Source: Thermoplasmatota archaeon (GTDB lineage: Archaea > Thermoplasmatota > Penumbrarchaeia > Penumbrarchaeales > Penumbrarchaeaceae). Taken from it: a DNA stretch of 64,000 bases. The notes under the pieces were generated by a model. That model ran no database searches. It was not told where the DNA came from and was given only the letters and a program-made list of their open reading frames with translations. Both the position numbers and the translations under genes were made by a program. Each line of letters starts with the position of its first letter. Positions within the stretch are counted from its first letter, which is position 1. The stretch spans positions 19,892-83,891 of the forward strand of contig JARVGK010000010.1 in the NCBI GenBank assembly GCA_029762535.1, read 5' to 3'. This document shows positions 58,511 to 64,000 of the stretch, in pieces.

Positions 58511-59543
58511 TCTGGACGTCGGCATCGTTGGCGCCTCCGGATACACCGGTTCCGAACTGATTAGGATCCTTGCCGAGCATCCCAGGGCCAATATCAGGGC
58601 GGTCACTTCGGAGGCCCATGCGGGCAAGAAACTCCAAGGCCTTTTCCCTCATCTAAATGGTCTCATCGATCTCGAACTGATACGATCGGGGGATATGGAT
58701 GTGGAAAATGATGTGGATATCGTTTTTCTGGCCCTCCCGCATACCGTCTCCATGGGATTCGTCAAAGAGATATGGAACGAGGATGTGGATGTGATAGACC
58801 TTTCAGGTGATTTTCGGCTGTCATCCGTTGAGGACTATGAGAAATGGTACTCGATGGAACATTCATGCCCGGAATTGAACGATAAGGCAGTATACGGGCT
58901 GCCAGAACTATTCAGGGAGACCATCGCAAATGCAAGGTTGGTATCCAATCCGGGGTGTTATCCCACATCGGCCATCATCGGTCTCGCACCTTTCCTCAAG
59001 GAAAAGCTGATCGATCCCAGCAAGATCATCGTAGATTCGAAATCGGGAGTCACGGGAGCCGGTGTCAAGGTGAGAACATCCACGCATTTTCCCAACATCA
59101 ACGAGGATTTCAGAGCCTACGGAATAGGCACTCACAGGCATACCCCTGAGATCGAGGACGTCCTGTCCATTTATTCCGGGTCCGTGGTCTCGATCCAGTT
59201 CACCCCTCATCTGCTCCCGTTGGACCGTGGGATACTGAGCACTATCTACGCGAAGGCCCAAGAAGGTACCACCGAGGACGAGATCCAGGAAGCGCTCCAT
59301 TCACATTATTCGCCCGAGGAATTCATCAGGATAAGGGAGGAACCCCCCTCATTGAAACAGGTCAGGGGATCCAACTACTGCGATGTTCATGCACATCTTG
59401 ACAGCAGAACTGGGAATATGATCATTGTCACGGTAATTGACAATCTGGTCAAAGGTGCATCGGGCCAGGCCGTTCAGAACATGAACATTATGAAAGGGTT
59501 CGATGAAGGGACCGGGCTTAGAACACCCCCACTTATGCCTTGA
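58503..59543 (+). CDS. argC: N-acetyl-gamma-glutamyl-phosphate reductase
   Basis: GASGYTG, LALPH, DLSGDFR, NPGCYPT, HRHTPEI, DNLVKGASGQAVQN. Confidence 0.97.
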   Translation: MNDLDVGIVGASGYTGSELIRILAEHPRANIRAVTSEAHAGKKLQGLFPHLNGLIDLELIRSGDMDVENDVDIVFLALPHTVSMGFVKEIWNEDVDVIDLSGDFRLSSVEDYEKWYSMEHSCPELNDKAVYGLPELFRETIANARLVSNPGCYPTSAIIGLAPFLKEKLIDPSKIIVDSKSGVTGAGVKVRTSTHFPNINEDFRAYGIGTHRHTPEIEDVLSIYSGSVVSIQFTPHLLPLDRGILSTIYAKAQEGTTEDEIQEALHSHYSPEEFIRIREEPPSLKQVRGSNYCDVHAHLDSRTGNMIIVTVIDNLVKGASGQAVQNMNIMKGFDEGTGLRTPPLMP

Positions 59544-59555
59544 AGGAGGGTCTAT

Positions 59556-60776
59556 ATGGATAGCACGATATTGAACAAGAACATGTCCTCCGTGAGAGGT
59601 TTCAGGGTGAGGGGCGCACATGTTGGAATAAAATCGAAGAGAAGGGACCTTGCCTTGATAGTATCCGATGTCCCGGCTTCCGCTGCCGGCGTTTTTACGA
59701 GGAACAGGGTGGTCGCAGAACCTGTCAAGATCACGCGTGAGAACCTTCGAGATGGGATCGGCCAGGCCATTATTGTCACTTCGGGAAACGCGAACGCATG
59801 TACGGGCGAACATGCAAGGATATCCTCAATGGAGATAATCAAGACCCTTGCGGAGGAACTCGATATCGATGCGAATAACGTCATTTACGCATCCACGGGT
59901 GTTATTGGCGTGCCCTTTCCCACCGACATGGTATTGGATGGCATCAAGCGCAACGTCAAATACCTGAACCGGAGGAAGATAAGCGGAACGATGGTCGCTA
60001 ATGCGATCATGACAACGGACACATTCCAAAAGGAGGGGTTCGTCTCGTTCGACCTGGACGGGAAGACCATAAACATGGCAGGGATAGCCAAAGGTGCAGG
60101 TATGATACATCCCGATATGGCGACCATGCTGGCCTTCATCATCTGCGATGCGGCGATCGATCCCGTTCTCCTTGACAGGGCATTGAGGCATTGCGTTGAC
60201 AGGTCCTTCAACATGATCACGGTGGATGGAGACACCTCCACGAACGATACCGTGGTGGTTATGTCCAATGGAATGGCGGAGAACGAGCTGATAGAAGAGG
60301 AGAACGAGGATTATTTCCATTTCAGGGACAATCTGGAACACATCTGCGAATACCTGGCAAAGGCGATCGTATCCGACGGAGAGGGGGCGACCAAGTTCAT
60401 CGAGTACGAGGTCAAGAACGCCTCAACGGTGAAGGATGCGGAAAGGATCGTTAGATGCGTCTCCGATTCAAATCTGGTAAAGACCGCAATATTCGGAAGG
60501 GATCCCAACTGGGGACGCATACTTGCCGCAGTGGGCAGGTCCGGAGCGGATTTCGACCCTGGAACGATAGACATATCCATGGGGTCCCGGACGATGGTCC
60601 AGGTAGCTGAGAACGGGTCCTACAAGGAATTCGACAAGAAGCATCTTCGGGAGATCCTCAGGTCCTCGAACGTGAGGATACTGATCGATCTCAAGAGAGG
60701 TGACAAAGGCGCTCTGGGCTGGGGAACGGACCTTTCCTATGAGTATGTGAGGATCAACGCTGAATATACCACCTGA
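59556..60776 (+). CDS. argJ: Ornithine acetyltransferase / N-acetylglutamate synthase
   Basis: SGNANACTG, STGVIG, IMTTDT, KGAGMIHPDMATML, VDGDTSTND, DGEGATK, DPNWGR. Confidence 0.97.
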   Translation: MDSTILNKNMSSVRGFRVRGAHVGIKSKRRDLALIVSDVPASAAGVFTRNRVVAEPVKITRENLRDGIGQAIIVTSGNANACTGEHARISSMEIIKTLAEELDIDANNVIYASTGVIGVPFPTDMVLDGIKRNVKYLNRRKISGTMVANAIMTTDTFQKEGFVSFDLDGKTINMAGIAKGAGMIHPDMATMLAFIICDAAIDPVLLDRALRHCVDRSFNMITVDGDTSTNDTVVVMSNGMAENELIEEENEDYFHFRDNLEHICEYLAKAIVSDGEGATKFIEYEVKNASTVKDAERIVRCVSDSNLVKTAIFGRDPNWGRILAAVGRSGADFDPGTIDISMGSRTMVQVAENGSYKEFDKKHLREILRSSNVRILIDLKRGDKGALGWGTDLSYEYVRINAEYTT

Positions 60777-61002
60777 TGGTCCTTGTCCCGCTTCGTTTTA
60801 AAGGCGCGACCCTTCGAATCCTGGAGGATACCTGCCCCGCTCCCTATGGAACAATGATCGAAAGAACGATGGGGTCCTATTTTCGATCCCATCCTCATTG
60901 GACCAAATATTTACGCTTTCCGGGGAATTATTAAAACTGTCCGCATCACTACCACACTATGGGGCAATTGGAATATGGAATACTCACTGGAGAGTGGGAC
61001 CG

Positions 61003-61470
61003 ATGGATGACATAGAGCATATGGATCTCATGGTAAGGGACGCATCGGACACACATGGCCCCTGGTCCTATTCCGAAGTGGAATTCAAGGTCCGAATGAA
61101 GGAGATACCCGACAGCTGCGAGTACAGGACGATCTTCGATACAGATTGGAAACCCATATCCGACCTGAAAAAGCAGATGAACTACAACGAGAGGGATGAA
61201 CTTCGTGCCCTTTCTTTCAGGAAGACCGACGGGGTCTTCCTTCTCGGCCTTTTCCTGTTCTTCGCCTCTGCCTTATTGTACTTCATCGACCAGTATCTGG
61301 GTATTCTCCTATTGATCATTTCATTGATCATGGAAGTGGCCCCCATCGTGTACAGCATAAAGAACGAACCAAAAGCGATTAACAAGATGATCGGCAACAT
61401 ACTCGCCCTATGCTGGTCCGCATTTCAGTTCATTATCACCATTGGATTCATTGCCTTCACTTTCTCTTGA
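61003..61470 (+). CDS. Hypothetical membrane protein
   Basis: Soluble N-terminus followed by about 3 hydrophobic helices. Confidence 0.55.
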   Translation: MDDIEHMDLMVRDASDTHGPWSYSEVEFKVRMKEIPDSCEYRTIFDTDWKPISDLKKQMNYNERDELRALSFRKTDGVFLLGLFLFFASALLYFIDQYLGILLLIISLIMEVAPIVYSIKNEPKAINKMIGNILALCWSAFQFIITIGFIAFTFS

Positions 61471-61534
61471 TGAACTCTGTTGGATCGATCATGGGATATG
61501 GATCCGATGATACCATGAGAGGATAACGAATTTC

Positions 61535-61864
61535 TCATGTCCTTGCACGTATCATCAGCCGGTCCCAGGTCTCGATCCGTTTTTTATGGACCGACCTTGA
61601 ACCAGATAGTGTCTTGTTGGAGGCCTCTTCGATAATGGATGAGATCCGACCCTTACCGAGATCGTTGGGATGGATCGGGCCGATACTTCTATTCTCCTTT
61701 GCGGGAGCCTGGAACGCGGGTCTTCTACCGTCGCGGTAAATCGAAACGAAATTGGGTCTCCTGGCCTTGAGCGAGCACCTGCTGCAGGTCCTGGACCTCC
61801 GGTCCGGGATCCCTCCCTCGAGGGAGAATATACAGATGGAGCAGTAGGGATCCTCCGGGGCCAT
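61535..61864 (-). CDS. Small hypothetical protein with CxxC...CxxC
   Basis: YCSIC...CSRC. Confidence 0.4.
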   Translation of the reverse strand: MAPEDPYCSICIFSLEGGIPDRRSRTCSRCSLKARRPNFVSIYRDGRRPAFQAPAKENRSIGPIHPNDLGKGRISSIIEEASNKTLSGSRSVHKKRIETWDRLMIRART

Positions 61865-62357
61865 GGCAGTTCCCATCTTTGAAAGATGGTCAAATACTTT
61901 CCCCTCTGGGATATCGAACCGAGAAAAAATGCCCTATGATTTCAAGCGGCCAAAGGAATAGATCGACAAAGGCCAAGCTCAATGGACTGAATGAGGGGCA
62001 GTTGAAATAAAGTAAGGAGCCATCAAAGACGAGAAAGGCATGGATCAAAAGGCGATCCTTCATACCGATCATTAACATCTTTCAGGCATCGATCCTTAAT
62101 AAGGAGGGGATCCCTATAGGTTGGGTCATTTTTTTTCTTGAGGGATCCCAGTAACGGGAAAAAAGTCTTTTGTTGGCCAATTTTTCGTTTGGATACCTTC
62201 ACAAGTGGATATCCCTACCAGATACCGATGATCGGTATTGGAAACCCCAGGTACATTGCGGCCGATCATACAGGGAAAGGTAGAAGAGGCACAAGCTTCA
62301 TCATATCAAAATGATCCGCTCCTCCTTTCCAATGATGGAGGATCGTTCATCCAAGAG

Positions 62358-62801
62358 ATGATCGAGATGCCAACCCCCTTCTTCACCAGGGACCTGCTCT
62401 GGGATAAGATCCGGAGGATATCCTTCGAGAAAAGACAGATACGAGCGCTGAAGTTCGATAACTACCACACCATAACGGCGCTCGATGAGGAGCAGATGTC
62501 GTATTCCATTCGATTCAGATCGATGAAGGAGCACGATCTCTCCTTCAATGACCTCTACGTGATCTACGAGGAGGTCTACCGCAATGGATGGATCGATGAG
62601 AACCACCTCTCGCGTATGTGCAGAAAGCTCTTTCAAAGACCGTACATTATCAACGCCCCTGCCATGATGGCAATGCTCTATCATTGCGATCGTAACCTAT
62701 TGAACGAGAACGGTATATTGAGAGTGAGGGACCCCATGGTGCTGGTGAATGGACCCGAAGAAGTGAATGCGGTAATGGATCCCTTCGTTGGAAATACCTG
62801 A
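62358..62801 (+). CDS. Hypothetical protein
   Basis: Protein-like composition; start uncertain. Confidence 0.55.
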   Translation: MIEMPTPFFTRDLLWDKIRRISFEKRQIRALKFDNYHTITALDEEQMSYSIRFRSMKEHDLSFNDLYVIYEEVYRNGWIDENHLSRMCRKLFQRPYIINAPAMMAMLYHCDRNLLNENGILRVRDPMVLVNGPEEVNAVMDPFVGNT

Positions 62802-62992
62802 CACTGCTTCTCCTATGGAGATCCTATCGAAGATCTTCAAACGATATCCTCTTCTATCCATCGGATCCGTCTTCGCCTCGATCCTCAACATCGTATCATC
62901 ATATCGATAGGGCGGGATCTACATTGAATAAACCACATCCGATCCCGGGACGAACCGATAAAGAGTAAATACGATACGGCCATGGTCCATTC

Positions 62993-63805
62993 ATGGTCGA
63001 TGTGGAGATCTTCTACTTCTCCGGCTCGGGCAATTCTCTCTACGTGGCCAAGGAGCTCTCCCGAAGGTTCGAACACTGTGAAATTTCGCCAATGGTCAAG
63101 ATGCTCAAAGAGGGCCCCATCAGGACCAGGGGCAAAGTGGTCGGCTTTGTGTTCCCGATCTATCTGGCGTCCATCCCGAGCCCTGTTCGGGAGTTCTTGG
63201 AGAGGATCGATCCCTCCTCTGCCGATCACATATTCGCAGTGGCAACGAGGATCGGTACCTTCTCCATCGCTCCTTCCCTTCTGAATAAATATCTGAAGCG
63301 AAAAGGGAGAAGGCTCGATCATTTCGAATACGTCAACATGCTCTCAAACACCCCGACGGGTCTCAAGCCCGGCAAGGGGTCCCGTTCCTGGGCCAGGGAG
63401 ACCGGAGAAAAGGACATTGAAAGGATCGATCGGTCCATTCAGCCCCAGCTGGACCGGATCGCAAAGGAAATTGAGGAAAAAAAGAGCAGACGTCCATTCC
63501 TTCCTTTGAACGATCTGATAGCGATAGTGATGGATCCCATCAGCAGGAACACGAGAACGGAGGTGGGTTATTTCGTGGACGATACATGCATCGGATGCGG
63601 GACATGCGAGAGGGTGTGCCTGTCCGAAAAGGTGAGGATGGTCTCTGGGAGGCCCCGATGGGATCCTGATACCCCCTGCTATTACTGTTTCGCATGTTTC
63701 AACTACTGCCCTGAGCAGGCGATCCTGGTGCGGAAGAAGTACGACCTGAAGGAGGGTAGATACCGACACGCCACCGCGGAGGAGATAGCCTCGCAGAAGA
63801 ATTGA
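62993..63805 (+). CDS. EFR1-like flavodoxin-ferredoxin fusion
   Basis: YFSGSGNS, GFVFPIY, CIGCGTCERVC, CYYCFACFNYCP. Confidence 0.88.
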   Translation: MVDVEIFYFSGSGNSLYVAKELSRRFEHCEISPMVKMLKEGPIRTRGKVVGFVFPIYLASIPSPVREFLERIDPSSADHIFAVATRIGTFSIAPSLLNKYLKRKGRRLDHFEYVNMLSNTPTGLKPGKGSRSWARETGEKDIERIDRSIQPQLDRIAKEIEEKKSRRPFLPLNDLIAIVMDPISRNTRTEVGYFVDDTCIGCGTCERVCLSEKVRMVSGRPRWDPDTPCYYCFACFNYCPEQAILVRKKYDLKEGRYRHATAEEIASQKN

Positions 63806-63911
63806 TCCCTCCTCTCCCCGGAGGGGTTGGGAGTGTTATGGAAAAAAATCCCTGACCCCGCCCTCTCCGCCTGTGACGGATCCGCCCGATCTATGAAAAA
63901 TCCTGTTGGAT

Positions 63912-64000
63912 CATGAGAAAACCCTTCGGGTTTTCCTGACCTCTTGATCTGCGAGATCGTTGAAAAATCACTGATGTGATTTTCCTGACCTCTTGATCTG
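63912..64000 (+). repeat. Direct repeat TTTTCCTGACCTCTTGATCTG (2 copies, 49-bp period), each closing a variable palindrome
   Basis: Copies at 63931-63951 and 63980-64000. The second copy ends at the window edge. Confidence 0.6.

Noticed and set aside
63931-64000. CRISPR array
   Set aside because: Only two 21-bp copies are visible, the intervening sequence is itself partly palindromic, and there are no cas genes in the window.

Overview
Gene-dense, GC-rich chromosomal segment of an archaeon. Evidence: archaeal-type LeuRS, a TBP-fold protein, GGTGA/GGAGG ribosome-binding sites and TATA-like promoters. The many C-terminally anchored C25/M14/FN3/PKD surface proteins and FprA suggest an anaerobic Thermoplasmatota-like organism (inference). 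Housekeeping genes include nadE, nadC, leuS, rpe, trxB, an aminotransferase, a DEAD-box helicase and an argBDCJ operon. I found no rRNA, tRNA, integrase, transposase or CRISPR array. The most notable items are: (1) a tightly packed four-gene operon at 2125-11576 (-) encoding a membrane-anchored GH18, a membrane-anchored GHL10-type hydrolase, a processive QRRRW-type GT2 synthase and a polytopic TPR protein, which looks like an archaeal GlcNAc-type exopolysaccharide or envelope synthesis system; (2) a ~0.9 kb, densely base-paired region at 38540-39420 with no credible ORF, long-range pairing, a possible pseudoknot and a repeated motif, which is a candidate large ncRNA matching no class I recognise; (3) a single-repeat (half) TBP fused to a zinc ribbon; (4) a candidate sRNA with anti-Shine-Dalgarno-like C-rich loops; (5) a 4-hydroxybutyryl-CoA dehydratase-like enzyme with altered Fe-S and catalytic residues. 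All family assignments come from reading motifs by eye, not from database searches.
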